Positions 37,071-46,777 of a stretch of 64,000 nt of DNA are shown here, one piece after another. A program made the translations under genes and the position numbers. The notes below the pieces were generated by a model. The model made no database searches, was not told the origin of the DNA, and saw only the letters and a program-made list of their open reading frames with translations. The DNA comes from Candidatus Multivoradales bacterium (GTDB taxonomy: Bacteria > Acidobacteriota > Thermoanaerobaculia > Multivoradales > JAHEKO01). Within the stretch, counting starts at the first letter, position 1, and every line of letters starts with the position of its first letter. Where the stretch lies: the NCBI GenBank assembly GCA_965223855.1, contig CBDCXM010000009.1:2560001-2624000 (forward strand). Reading direction: 5' to 3'.

Positions 37071-37948
37071 GTGTGCACGAATCCGTTCGCAAGCGAGTGC
37101 GATCGAGCTACGGCGCGGCGGTGAGCGAGGGTCGCAGTTGTTGCGGCGACGCCGTACCGCGAGGTGTCGCCGTCGAGACCGCAGGCTACAGCCGGGAGGA
37201 GATCGCCTCGCTGCCGAACGAAGCGGTCGTCAACTCGTTCGGCTGCGGCAATCCGCTGGCCTTCAGCGAGGTCGCCGAGGGTCAGACCGTGCTCGACCTC
37301 GGCAGCGGCGCCGGGATCGACCTGTTGCTGGCCGCTCAGAGAGTCGGCCCGACCGGCAGAGTGATCGGGGTCGACATGACCGACGAGATGATCGCCCGCG
37401 CCCGCGACACGGTGTCGAAGGCGGGCCTCGCCAACGTCGAGATCCGCAAGGGGCTGATCGAGGAGCTTCCCGTGGAGTCGTCGAGCGTCGACTGGGTGAT
37501 CTCCAACTGCGTCATCAACCTGTCGCCCGAAAAGGACCGCGTGTTCGCCGAGATCTCGCGGGTGCTGAGGCCGGGTGGCCGGGTGTCGATCTCCGACATC
37601 GTCGTCGAATCGATGCCGTGGTGGCTGCGCAGGAGTCGGAGACTGCACTGCGCCTGCGTGGCCGGCGCGATCTCGGAGGACGACTACGTCGAGGGTCTGA
37701 GGCGGGCCGGCCTCGTGGAGGTCGAGGTGCCCGAGAGGCTCGTCTACGAGGCCTCGCAGCTCGAGGCGCTCGCCACTTCCGACATCGCGACCGTTCGCGG
37801 GCCTGCCTTCATGCGGAAACTCGCCGGTGGTCTGGTCGGACGGGCCGCGCGAGGGTTCGAGGGCAAGGTGTGGAGTGCGAAGTTCGTCGGCCGGCTGCCC
37901 GAGGAATCCGAGACTTCGAACCACGGAGCCCCGAGCTGCTGCTCCTGA
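37067..37948 (+). CDS. arsM: Arsenite S-adenosylmethionine methyltransferase
   Basis: 'SCCG', 'SFGCGNP', 'VLDLGSGAG', 'GVDMT.EM', 'ISNCVINL.P.K', 'CVAGA'; next to arsR. Confidence 0.88.
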   Translation: MSVHESVRKRVRSSYGAAVSEGRSCCGDAVPRGVAVETAGYSREEIASLPNEAVVNSFGCGNPLAFSEVAEGQTVLDLGSGAGIDLLLAAQRVGPTGRVIGVDMTDEMIARARDTVSKAGLANVEIRKGLIEELPVESSSVDWVISNCVINLSPEKDRVFAEISRVLRPGGRVSISDIVVESMPWWLRRSRRLHCACVAGAISEDDYVEGLRRAGLVEVEVPERLVYEASQLEALATSDIATVRGPAFMRKLAGGLVGRAARGFEGKVWSAKFVGRLPEESETSNHGAPSCCS

Positions 37949-37975
37949 CGATGCGGGGACGGCCCTGGCCGTCCG

Positions 37976-38656
37976 CTACTCGTCGAGTTCGGCATTCCCG
38001 GCGTCGGCGGTAGCTGCCGGGTCTGCTGCCGGATCGAGGGACGGCGGCAGCAGGATGCCGCCCGAGATCACCATCCGTACTCCCTCCTCGACGGTCATCG
38101 GCAGGTCGGTGGTCCGGTCGCGGGGTACCAGCAGAAGGTAGCCGCTGGTCGGATTCGGTGTCGTCGGCAGGAAGACGAGGACGAAGTCGTCGGTGCGCGG
38201 GTGGACCTGCGGCCACCTGCTGCTGCCGGTGACGAAGGCGATGGCGAACATATCCTTGTGGGGGTACTCGATCAGGACCACTCGCTTGAACGCCTCGCTC
38301 TTGTCACGTGCGAGCGCCTCCATCACACCCTTGGTGCCGAGGTAGATCGCCCCGCCGACCGGGATGCGCGTGATGAGGGTCTCGAGCGCGCCGACGATTC
38401 GACGGCCGACGAAATTGCTGGACAGCCAGCCGAGGAGCAGGACCGACAGCAGGGTCAGGATGAGTCCGAGCCCGGGCACGTAGAAGCCCGGGAACCAGGG
38501 GTCCATCCACTGCTGGATCGCCGGCGCGAAGAAGCCGTCCATCACCTGGAACAGCTTGATCAGCACCCAGGCCGACAGCGCCACCGGGGCGAGGATCACG
38601 AGTCCGGTGAGGAAGTTGCGCCTGAGCCGCGCTCGGATGGGGGTTCCTTCGTTCAT
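37976..38656 (-). CDS. DUF502 family membrane protein
   Basis: 'FLTGL', 'RIP....IY', 'VLIEYP', 'VFLPTTPNPTSG', 'ISGG'. Confidence 0.9.
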   Translation of the reverse strand: MNEGTPIRARLRRNFLTGLVILAPVALSAWVLIKLFQVMDGFFAPAIQQWMDPWFPGFYVPGLGLILTLLSVLLLGWLSSNFVGRRIVGALETLITRIPVGGAIYLGTKGVMEALARDKSEAFKRVVLIEYPHKDMFAIAFVTGSSRWPQVHPRTDDFVLVFLPTTPNPTSGYLLLVPRDRTTDLPMTVEEGVRMVISGGILLPPSLDPAADPAATADAGNAELDE

Positions 38657-38680
38657 CCCTGTCGTCTTGGTGCCGGTCCG

Positions 38681-40591
38681 TCAGCCGGCCAGCCTGTCCT
38701 CGATCTGCTCGAGGCTGCCGCGATGACCGAGCACGGTCACACGGTCGCCTCGGCGCAGGCGAGTGTAGCCGTGGCAGAGGATCGATGCGCCGTCACGCTC
38801 GACCGAGAGCACCAGAACGTCGAGCGGGAGCTGCAGGTCGCGCAGGGCGATTCCGTGGAGCTGCGGGCTGCGGACGGGGATCTCGACGATGTCGCGATCG
38901 TCGTCCATCCCGACCACCATGCCGGTGAGGGCGGGGGAGCGCACGAAATGATCGAGCACGTTGACGAGCGCCACGCTCGGATCGATCGCGGTCGCCCCAT
39001 AGCGTCGGCAGGCGGCGCCCGCTTCCTGACTGCTGACCCGCGCGACGACGTTCGAAACGCCGAGCTCGTCGTGCGCCAGGCGGCTGAGCTCGACGTTGGC
39101 GTCTTCGTCCATCAGGCCGATCAGGGTTCGCGCCGAGTCGGCACCGATCCGCCTCAGCTCGGAGGCCGACAGCTGATCGATCCGGACGACCTCGAGGTCG
39201 GGCGGGACGTCGACCGGAACCTCGCGCCGGGTGACGAGGGTCGTGCGCCAGCCGTGATCGAGGAGTTGACGGGCGAGCGCCCAGGCCTGGGTGTCGAGGC
39301 CGAAGACCAGGGCTCGAGGGGCGCCCGAGACCCCATCGGTCAGATCGGCACGAGCCTCTCCGACCCGCCGAAGGATCCATTTGGCCGGCGGCGGCCCCAG
39401 CACCTGGTTGACGACGATCACGGCGATCATCGTCGTGGCGAAAGTGCCGCCCCATTCTGGGAAGTCGACCGCGACCTCTTTCGCCAGGCCGAGCCCGATC
39501 CCGGCCTGGGTCAGCATGCCGAACCAGACTCGTCGACGGACGTTGGCGGGGGCGCCACCGACCCAGCCGCCGATCCAGGTCCCGGCGATCATCGCCACCA
39601 GCCGGACGAGGAGCAGCAGCAACGCGACTCGCCACGCGATTCCAAGCGAGGCGAGGTCGAGGGAGGCGCCGGCGAGCGTGAAGAAGCCGAGGTATACGAA
39701 GGGCCCGGTCGCTTTCAGCACGCGCTCGAAATCGTTGCGGAAGCTCGACAGGTTGCTGACGACGAAGCCGGCCACGAGGCAGACGAGCAGTGGCTCGATG
39801 AAGATCTCGAACGGCCCTCCCTCGTGGGTCGCCCGGCGGATCGCGCCGCTCGCGGCGTAGACGCCCAGGCCTACGCCGAGCAGCAGCAGAGCTCGGAGTT
39901 GGAGATTGCGCGTCAGGCTGAGGAGCCAATGGAGAAGACCGCCGACCAGCGCTCCCGCCACCCCGGCGACCAGCAGCTCTCCCGCTACAAGCAGCAGCAG
40001 ACCGGCCTCGAAGTCCGCCGATCGCAACAGAACGTCGGCGACTGAGGTGCTGACGGCGAAGAGCAGGATCACCACCACATCGAGAGCGACCGTCACTCCC
40101 ATCAGCAGTCGGGTGAAGGGACCTCGTGCACGCAGTTCCGACACCAGCGCCATGAGTGAGGACGGCGATCGGGAGACGAGGATCGCCGCCGCGACGAAGG
40201 CGACTCCGAGCCGGCCGCGCTCGTCGAGGCCGGCGAGGAAGGGGACCGACTCCCCGAGCGAGGTGAGAACCGGCACCACGAGGGCGTACGAGGCGGCGAC
40301 GATGCCGAAGGTGATCCACCAGATGCGGCGCAGCTGCTGGCGGATCTCCCGGTAGTGGAGCTCTGCGCCGGCGGCGAAGGCGATGAACGACAGCGCGATC
40401 TGATCGAGCACCCGGAGACGAACGACGTCTTCGGCCGTCAGCACGCCGAGGACGTACGGCCCGATGAGGATGCCGGCGGCGAGGAAGCCTGTGATGACCG
40501 GCAGGCGGAGTCGCTTCGCCCCCCGGCCGATCCACTCGGCGGAGAGCATCAGGACCCCGAACAGGGTCAGAAGAAGCGCGAAGTCAGACAC
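38681..40591 (-). CDS. Cation:proton antiporter with TrkA-N and TrkA-C domains (K+/H+-like)
   Basis: About 12 TM helices, 'FIAF.AG.EL', 'ARGPFT', 'ALD', 'QAGIGLGL'; C-terminal RCK 'HG.T.L..GD.VTVLG'. Confidence 0.85.
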   Translation of the reverse strand: MSDFALLLTLFGVLMLSAEWIGRGAKRLRLPVITGFLAAGILIGPYVLGVLTAEDVVRLRVLDQIALSFIAFAAGAELHYREIRQQLRRIWWITFGIVAASYALVVPVLTSLGESVPFLAGLDERGRLGVAFVAAAILVSRSPSSLMALVSELRARGPFTRLLMGVTVALDVVVILLFAVSTSVADVLLRSADFEAGLLLLVAGELLVAGVAGALVGGLLHWLLSLTRNLQLRALLLLGVGLGVYAASGAIRRATHEGGPFEIFIEPLLVCLVAGFVVSNLSSFRNDFERVLKATGPFVYLGFFTLAGASLDLASLGIAWRVALLLLLVRLVAMIAGTWIGGWVGGAPANVRRRVWFGMLTQAGIGLGLAKEVAVDFPEWGGTFATTMIAVIVVNQVLGPPPAKWILRRVGEARADLTDGVSGAPRALVFGLDTQAWALARQLLDHGWRTTLVTRREVPVDVPPDLEVVRIDQLSASELRRIGADSARTLIGLMDEDANVELSRLAHDELGVSNVVARVSSQEAGAACRRYGATAIDPSVALVNVLDHFVRSPALTGMVVGMDDDRDIVEIPVRSPQLHGIALRDLQLPLDVLVLSVERDGASILCHGYTRLRRGDRVTVLGHRGSLEQIEDRLAG

Positions 40592-40768
40592 GGGTCCCTC
40601 GGCTCCGGCTTGCGGAGCCGGGGGAGGGTATCAGCACCTCGGCGGACGGAGCGCCGGCCCGTCTTTCTCGCCCTGCCATGGCGTGGCAGCGCGGATCTGG
40701 CGAGATAGTTCCTCAAGTTGACGATTCCGCCACTTTTCTCGAGAACGGATCTCGGTCAGCATTCCGCC

Positions 40769-41707
40769 ATGAACGATGGATCGAACGCCCGGGCAGCCTC
40801 GGCATGGGCTCTCGCCCTCGCCTTCGCGGCCGTCTACATCATCTGGGGCTCCACGTATCTGGGGATCCGGGTCGCGATCGAGACGATTCCGCCGTTTCTG
40901 ATGGTCGGGGTGCGGTTCTTCGCCGCCGGGGCGATCCTCTTCGCGTGGTCGCTGTGGCGGGGCGACCCGCTGCCGCGGGCGGTCCACTGGCGCTCGGCGG
41001 CGATCATCGGCGCTCTGCTGCTGGTCTCCGGCAACGGGCTCCTGGCGTGGGGAGAGAAGACGATCCCTTCGGGGGTCGCGGCGCTGATCGTCGGCACGGT
41101 GCCCCTGTGGATGGTGATCCTCGAGGCATTGCGACCGTCCGGCGACCGGCCCGGGAAGGCGGTCATCCTCGGGCTGGCGCTGGGGACCGTGGGCATCGCG
41201 GTTCTCGTCGGCCCCGGTGATCTCGGAAAGCCGCTCGATGGGGCAGGCGCCACCGCCATCCTGGTGGCGGCGCTCTCGTGGGCGGCGGGGTCGATCTACT
41301 CGCGGAGCGCCCCGCTGACTTCCTCGACCCTCCAGAACGTCGGCATGGAGATGCTCGCCGGCGGGATGCTGCTCGGCTTGGTCTCCGTCTCGCTCGGTGA
41401 GAGCGTCGAGTGGGCTGCCGTCTCCGCACGCTCCCTGTGGGCGCTCGTCTATCTGTCGGTGGTCGGCGGCCTCGTCGGCTACTCCGCCTACCTGTGGCTG
41501 CTGAAGGTCTCGACCCCGGCGAAGGTGGCGACCTATGCCTATGTCAACCCGGTGGTGGCGGTAATCCTCGGATGGGCGGTAGCCGGCGAGGTCGTCGATC
41601 GACGGGTCGTGCTGGCCGGAGCGGCCGTGCTCGCCGCCGTGATCCTGATCACGACGAGTCGCGCAGCTGGAAAGGACGGGAGCGGCGAGATCGATGCGGA
41701 GCGTTAG
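40769..41707 (+). CDS. EamA/DMT family transporter (YedA-like)
   Basis: 'VYIIWGSTY', 'PPF....RF', 'SGVAAL', 'TYAYVNPVVAV.LG'. Confidence 0.92.
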   Translation: MNDGSNARAASAWALALAFAAVYIIWGSTYLGIRVAIETIPPFLMVGVRFFAAGAILFAWSLWRGDPLPRAVHWRSAAIIGALLLVSGNGLLAWGEKTIPSGVAALIVGTVPLWMVILEALRPSGDRPGKAVILGLALGTVGIAVLVGPGDLGKPLDGAGATAILVAALSWAAGSIYSRSAPLTSSTLQNVGMEMLAGGMLLGLVSVSLGESVEWAAVSARSLWALVYLSVVGGLVGYSAYLWLLKVSTPAKVATYAYVNPVVAVILGWAVAGEVVDRRVVLAGAAVLAAVILITTSRAAGKDGSGEIDAER

Positions 41708-41716
41708 GATCCCGCC

Positions 41717-42682
41717 ATGCGCCTGACCGTCGCGGCTGCCGTCTACGACGGCCTGCTCGCCTTCGAGTACGGGTTGGCTCGAGAGATCCTGGGCCGCGAT
41801 CGCAGCGACCTGGCGGCCGACTGGTACGACTTCCTGCCGTGCCGTGTCGAGCCCGGGAGCCTGACGACGAGCCACGGCATGGTGTTCGAACCACGCGGAT
41901 CCCTCGAAGACCTGGCGGCAGCGGACATCGTGCTCGTCGCCGGATGGCGAGAGCCGCTCGAGAGGCCGCCGGCCGCGTTTCTGGAGGCGCTGTCCGTGGC
42001 CCATGAGCGTGGAGGCCATCTCGTGACCATCTGCACCGGGAGCTTCGTCCCTGCCTGGGCGGGCCTGCTCGACGACCGCCGCGTCACGACCCACTGGATG
42101 CACGCGCCGACCATGGCCGAGCGTTTCCCGCGGGTCCGGCTCTCGGTCGATGCTCTCTACGTGCGCGACGACAGCGGCCCGGGACCGATTTCGACCTCCG
42201 CCGGCAGCGCGGCCGGTCTCGATCTGAGCCTGGCGCTGGTGCGCGAGCACTTCGGCATCGCCGTCGCCAACGCGGTGGCGCGCCGGATGGTCGCGCCGGC
42301 GCATCGCGAGGGGGGACAGACGCAGTATGCGGAGGCGCCGGCAGCCGGCCGTGACGATTCGGCGATGGGGCCTCTGCTCGACTGGCTGGTCGAGCACCTC
42401 GACCAACCGCTCAGACTGGAGGAGGTCGCGTCGAAGTTCGGCCTGTCGGGCCGCACCCTGCAGCGCAGGTTTCGCGAGCAGACGGGGGACAGCCCTCATC
42501 GCTGGCTCGTCTCTCAGCGCCTCGGCAGGGCACGTGAGCTCCTCGAGTCGACCGGCCTGAGCGTCGAGCGTGTGGCGACGGAGTCGGGCCTCGGCTCGGC
42601 GGCGAACCTCCGCAAGCACATGGCCCGGCAGCTGGGGACGACACCTAGGGCGTATCGGACGGCGTTCCGGGCCGGAGACTGA
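41717..42682 (+). CDS. GlxA/FtrA family AraC regulator (DJ-1 domain + HTH)
   Basis: 'ICTG.F..A.AGLLD..R.TTHW', 'TSAG.AAG.DL', 'R.GGQ.Q', 'S.RTL.RRF'. Confidence 0.92.
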   Translation: MRLTVAAAVYDGLLAFEYGLAREILGRDRSDLAADWYDFLPCRVEPGSLTTSHGMVFEPRGSLEDLAAADIVLVAGWREPLERPPAAFLEALSVAHERGGHLVTICTGSFVPAWAGLLDDRRVTTHWMHAPTMAERFPRVRLSVDALYVRDDSGPGPISTSAGSAAGLDLSLALVREHFGIAVANAVARRMVAPAHREGGQTQYAEAPAAGRDDSAMGPLLDWLVEHLDQPLRLEEVASKFGLSGRTLQRRFREQTGDSPHRWLVSQRLGRARELLESTGLSVERVATESGLGSAANLRKHMARQLGTTPRAYRTAFRAGD

Positions 42683-42698
42683 GGGCGAGGCCCAGGGG

Positions 42699-43274
42699 TC
42701 AGTAGAGGCCGGGGACGAAGCGGTGGGTGCGGCGGGCGTAGTCGCGCCAGCGCCGACCGAAGGCCTCCTCGAGAACGGCTTCCTCGATCCGGACCCGGTA
42801 GCTGAGCGCGACGGACATCGGCACGAGGGTGAGGACCAGCGACAACCAGGTGCCCATGCCGAAGCCGCAGCCCGCAGCGGCGATCAGCATGCCGCTGTAG
42901 GAGGGGTGTCTCACATGCCGGTAGAGGCCGGTCTGCACGATCTCGTGTCCCTCGCGGACGGCGACGTTCGTGGTGAAGAGCCTGCCGAGGGCGCGGATGG
43001 CCGTCCAGCGCAGAGCCAGTCCCGAGACGACGAGGCCGCAGCCGACCAGGCTCCGCAGCGAAGCGGAAAGACCCCACGACGAGATCCCGGCCCGGCTCGC
43101 GAACGAGGCGAGGATGAACGAGGTCATGACGACGATCCAGATCCACCGTTCGCTGCCGGCATCGGAGGCCGCATCGTCGGCGTCCGTCGCGCGCCGGCTC
43201 CGCCCGAGGAGGACCTCGAAGCTCACCCACAGCAGCATGGCGATAGCGATCGGCGTCGGCATCGCGCGGAGCAT
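42699..43274 (-). CDS. Isoprenylcysteine carboxylmethyltransferase family protein
   Basis: 'LG..F', 'H.IV.TG.YR.VRHPSYSG', 'RVRIEE..L...FG..W..Y'. Confidence 0.88.
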   Translation of the reverse strand: MLRAMPTPIAIAMLLWVSFEVLLGRSRRATDADDAASDAGSERWIWIVVMTSFILASFASRAGISSWGLSASLRSLVGCGLVVSGLALRWTAIRALGRLFTTNVAVREGHEIVQTGLYRHVRHPSYSGMLIAAAGCGFGMGTWLSLVLTLVPMSVALSYRVRIEEAVLEEAFGRRWRDYARRTHRFVPGLY

Positions 43275-43387
43275 AGCCGTGGTGTTGGCCCTGCGGCGGC
43301 CCGAGCCCGGGCGGATCGCTCCGAAGGCTCCGACCGGCTGCGGGGAAGTGCATTGTCCGCTCCGGGAGCAGGCGAGACGATAGAGGC

Positions 43388-44908
43388 ATGAGATGGAGAC
43401 GCGTAGTTCGAGTTCCGCCGATGTCGATTCTCGTCGCTGCGCTGGCCGCGGGCTCGCTCTCGGCCGGCACGCTGGAGGTCGTCACCCTCGATCCCCCCCG
43501 TCACACGCTGGCGGCAAAGGACGCGACCGTGACGGTGACCTTCGACCAGCCGGTGGATCCGGCCACGGTCGATGCTGATTCGTTCCGGGTCTTCGGCCGC
43601 TGGAGCGGCCCGGCGGCGGGACCTCTGACGATCGGTGGCGGCGGTACCACGGTGACGCTGACCCCGACTCGCCCGTTCTCGGCGGGGGAGAGCGTGCACG
43701 TCAACCTCTCGCACGATCTGGCGTCGCTCGGAGGGGCTTCGCTGAGGATGGCGGGCTACACGTGGTCGTTCGCCGTCGAGGTGCGGCCGACGCCGGGCGA
43801 CTTCGCTCTCGTCGACACCCTCACCGTGCTCGACGGCGGTCCGACGCCGCGCATCTACGGAGGCCTGGCGACCGATCTCGACAACGACGGCTGGCTCGAT
43901 CTGTCGGTGATCAACGAGGACACCGCCGACATCCGCGTCTTCCCGAATCGGGCGGACGGCAGCGGGCTTTTCGACCCGTTTCTCACGCCGCCTTCGCCGG
44001 TCGGCTTCGGTGCGAGCCCCAACGAACCGGCCGACTTCGACAACGACGGCTTTGCCGACATCACCACCGGCAACGCCTTCGAGTCTCGCGTTTCGGTGCT
44101 GCTGGGACGCGGTGACGGGACGTTCGACCCCGAGGCGGTGCACGTCGTCGGCGCCGGCCCGAAAGGGATCGCGGTGCTCGACGTCGACGGAGACGGCGAC
44201 ACCGACATCGTCAGCGCCAACGTGACGGCGGACAACCTCAATCTGCTGCGCAACGACGGCAGCGGAACCTTCGCCGTGGAGGCGCCGTTCGACGCCGGCA
44301 GCGAGGAGTACGCGCTGACCGCCGGAGACATGAACGAGGACGGCATCGCCGATCTGATCGTCGGCACCCGTGCCGGTTCGAGCGTGCATGTTCTCGCCGG
44401 CAACGGCGACGGCACCTTCACCACGGTGGAGACCGAGGCGGCGGGGGTGGCGCTGTGGATGATCGGCGTCGGGGACGTCAACGGTGACGGTCACCTCGAC
44501 GTCGCGTCGGCCGACGGGTTCAGCAACAGCGGTTCGATCTTTCTCGGCAACGGCGACGGCACGCTCGATCCGCCGACGACGATCGGCGTTGCCGGACTGA
44601 CGACGGCGACCGATCTCGGCGACATCGACGGTGACGGTGATCTCGATTGGATCCTCTCCGCTTTCGGCGGCAACGAGTGGACGCTTTACGAGAACGACGG
44701 CGCCGGCAACTTCCAGCTCATCCGCACCTTCCCGGCACCGTCGAACCCGGCTTGTGCCGCCTTCTTCGACGCCGACAACGACGGCGCACTCGATCTGGCG
44801 CTCTTTGACGAGATCGACAACGTCATCCAGATCTTCCACAACGGGGAGATCTTCGCCGACGGCTTCGAGAGCGGCGACACGACAGCCTGGTCGGCGACGG
44901 TGCCGTGA
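43388..44908 (+). CDS. Secreted Ig-like + FG-GAP repeat protein with FADGFESGD tail
   Basis: N-terminal 'VTFDQPVDPATV' Ig module; 7 'D.D.DG..D' repeats; ends IFADGFESGDTTAWSATVP. Confidence 0.87.
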   Translation: MRWRRVVRVPPMSILVAALAAGSLSAGTLEVVTLDPPRHTLAAKDATVTVTFDQPVDPATVDADSFRVFGRWSGPAAGPLTIGGGGTTVTLTPTRPFSAGESVHVNLSHDLASLGGASLRMAGYTWSFAVEVRPTPGDFALVDTLTVLDGGPTPRIYGGLATDLDNDGWLDLSVINEDTADIRVFPNRADGSGLFDPFLTPPSPVGFGASPNEPADFDNDGFADITTGNAFESRVSVLLGRGDGTFDPEAVHVVGAGPKGIAVLDVDGDGDTDIVSANVTADNLNLLRNDGSGTFAVEAPFDAGSEEYALTAGDMNEDGIADLIVGTRAGSSVHVLAGNGDGTFTTVETEAAGVALWMIGVGDVNGDGHLDVASADGFSNSGSIFLGNGDGTLDPPTTIGVAGLTTATDLGDIDGDGDLDWILSAFGGNEWTLYENDGAGNFQLIRTFPAPSNPACAAFFDADNDGALDLALFDEIDNVIQIFHNGEIFADGFESGDTTAWSATVP

Positions 44909-44938
44909 GTCGAAGTCGCGCTGGCGTATGCTGAGGGG

Positions 44939-45568
44939 ATGACGCCCCGACCTTCCCGGACCTCCAGCGACCGCGAGTTGTGGATCCTGCTCGCGCTCAC
45001 CGGCATCGCGGTCGTGGTGTCGGGAATCGATCCTCACGAGCGAGGCACCTGGTTCCTCGAGGTGCTGCCGGTGCTGATCGGTGCGCCGCTTCTGATCGCC
45101 ACCCGGCGGCGCTTTCCGCTGACGCCTCTCGTCTACCGGCTGATCTTCGTCCACGCCCTGATCCTGATTCTCGGCGGTCACTACACCTATGCCCGGGTTC
45201 CGGTCGGCGATTGGGCGCGGGAGGCGTTCGGCTTCGCCCGCAACCACTACGACCGGCTGGGCCACCTGGCCCAGGGCTTCGTGCCAGCAATGCTGGCGCG
45301 CGAGGTGCTTCTGAGGACCTCACCGCTCTCGCCCGGCAAGTGGCTGTTCGTCCTGGTGACTTCGATCTGCCTCGCCTTCAGCGCCTTCTACGAGATGATC
45401 GAATGGTGGGCGGCCCTCGTTGGTGGGGGATCCGCCGAGAGTTTCCTGGGGACGCAGGGGGACGTCTGGGACACCCAGTGGGACATGTTCCTGGCGCTCG
45501 TCGGAGCGCTCGGCGCTCAGCTTCTGCTCTCGAAACTGCACGATCGACAACTGGGCCGCCTGACCTGA
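44939..45568 (+). CDS. DUF2238 (YjdF-like) membrane protein
   Basis: 'TW.LE', 'GGHYTYA.VP', 'RNHYDRLGH', 'YE..EW', 'FLGTQGD.WDTQ.DM'. Confidence 0.92.
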   Translation: MTPRPSRTSSDRELWILLALTGIAVVVSGIDPHERGTWFLEVLPVLIGAPLLIATRRRFPLTPLVYRLIFVHALILILGGHYTYARVPVGDWAREAFGFARNHYDRLGHLAQGFVPAMLAREVLLRTSPLSPGKWLFVLVTSICLAFSAFYEMIEWWAALVGGGSAESFLGTQGDVWDTQWDMFLALVGALGAQLLLSKLHDRQLGRLT

Positions 45569-45593
45569 TGCGGCCGAAAGGAGACTGGTCAGA

Positions 45594-46127
45594 ATGAGGA
45601 AAACGACGATCCTGATCGCCCTGGTGGCGACGCTGAGTCTCGCGATGCCGGTGATCGCCGAGCATCACGAAGAGACCGCACCGGGCGCCTACGCCCGCAA
45701 CCTCGCCTTCGTCGGCGGGCGCGCCGTCGAGCTGGCCGGAGCGATTCCCGAAGAGGTCTACGGTTGGCGCCCGATGGAAGGGGTGCGGTCGGTCAGCGAG
45801 GCGATCATGCACATGGCGAGCGCCAACTACTTCTTCGCCGGTCGCCTCGGCACGCCGGCACCCGAGGGCGTCGACACCTCCGACATGGAGTCGATCACCG
45901 ACAAGGCGGAGTGCGTGCGGATCCTCGAAGAGTCGAACGCCCATCTCTCGAAGGCGTTCGACGCGGTGAAAGACCCGATGGAGGCGACCGACATCTTCGG
46001 TCGCGACGGCACGATCGAGGACATGATGCTGGTCGCGATCGGCCACGTCCACGAGCACTTCGGGCAGCTGATCGCGTACGCCCGGAGCAACGAGATCGCC
46101 CCGCCCTGGTCGGGCGGCGACGGCTGA
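45594..46127 (+). CDS. Exported DinB family protein
   Basis: Signal peptide; 'WRP.EGVRS..E...H', 'H.HEHFGQLIAYAR.N.I.PPWS'. Confidence 0.88.
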   Translation: MRKTTILIALVATLSLAMPVIAEHHEETAPGAYARNLAFVGGRAVELAGAIPEEVYGWRPMEGVRSVSEAIMHMASANYFFAGRLGTPAPEGVDTSDMESITDKAECVRILEESNAHLSKAFDAVKDPMEATDIFGRDGTIEDMMLVAIGHVHEHFGQLIAYARSNEIAPPWSGGDG

Positions 46128-46135
46128 TCACCGAG

Positions 46136-46177
46136 CGTCTGAACACGGAGCCGTCTGAAGCCGTCTGAACACGGAGC
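46136..46177. repeat. Direct repeat CGTCTGAACACGGAGC x2 flanking an internally deleted copy CGTCTGAAGC
   Basis: Units start at 46136, 46152 (10 bp), 46162. Confidence 0.85.
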
Positions 46178-46205
46178 CGGCTTCCCGTCGCCGCGGGAAG
46201 CCGGC
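46176..46205. terminator. Hairpin between convergent genes
   Basis: GCCGGCTTCCCG-N6-CGGGAAGCCGGC 12-bp stem; no U-tract. Confidence 0.5.
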
Positions 46206-46216
46206 GCTTCAGCCCG

Positions 46217-46777
46217 TCAGGCCGGCCAGAGCCAGCCGAAGACGCCGGCGGTGAGCAGCGCGTAGACGAGGCCGTCGACCATCATCTTGCAGGTCATCGT
46301 CCACGGTGCCCCCTTCCAGATCGAGGAGACCGCCTCCGCGAGCCCGTAGGTCATGAAGGCCACGGTGCCGACGTATCGGAAGATCGACAGGTAGCTGGTC
46401 CCGGCTGCGTGCGTGCGCCCGGTCAGGTAGGCGATGAAGATCCCGACCACCAGCACGTAGACGAACCACTGGCCGAGGAACTTGCCGAGCTTCGGAGCGC
46501 CGCTCGGCACCACGGTGAGAAAGCCGACCGGGCCGCGCTTGAACTTCTCCATCACCTCCGGCTTTCCCATTTCGCTCGGGTCGGAGCAGTTGGGGAAGGA
46601 GTAGTAGCCGGGCGTCAGCGAGGCGCCGGAGAGGGTGTCGAGAATGCCGTCCTCGTCCGGCAGCTTGCGATAGTCCTTGTAGTGGTACTTGAGCACCATG
46701 TGAAGGATCGAGCTGGCGACGAAGACGACGACCGCCGAGACGACGATCGGCAGCCAGAGTTGCGGAATCGGGATCAT
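46217..46777 (-). CDS. Conserved 4-TM membrane protein, unknown function
   Basis: AGGAGG RBS; 'LWLPI..SAV.VF.ASS..HM', 'PG.Y.FP', 'DGL.Y.LL.AG.F.WLWP'. Confidence 0.8.
   Translation of the reverse strand: MIPIPQLWLPIVVSAVVVFVASSILHMVLKYHYKDYRKLPDEDGILDTLSGASLTPGYYSFPNCSDPSEMGKPEVMEKFKRGPVGFLTVVPSGAPKLGKFLGQWFVYVLVVGIFIAYLTGRTHAAGTSYLSIFRYVGTVAFMTYGLAEAVSSIWKGAPWTMTCKMMVDGLVYALLTAGVFGWLWPA

Noticed and set aside
37937-37975. Selenocysteine read-through at the arsM TGA after SCCS
   Set aside because: The protein is already complete, I see no convincing SECIS, and the convergent DUF502 gene ends 27 nt later
38201-45265. Long antisense ORFs (614, 662 and 680 aa) as overlapping genes
   Set aside because: They mirror real genes; GC3 bias removes stops on the opposite strand; no motifs or RBS
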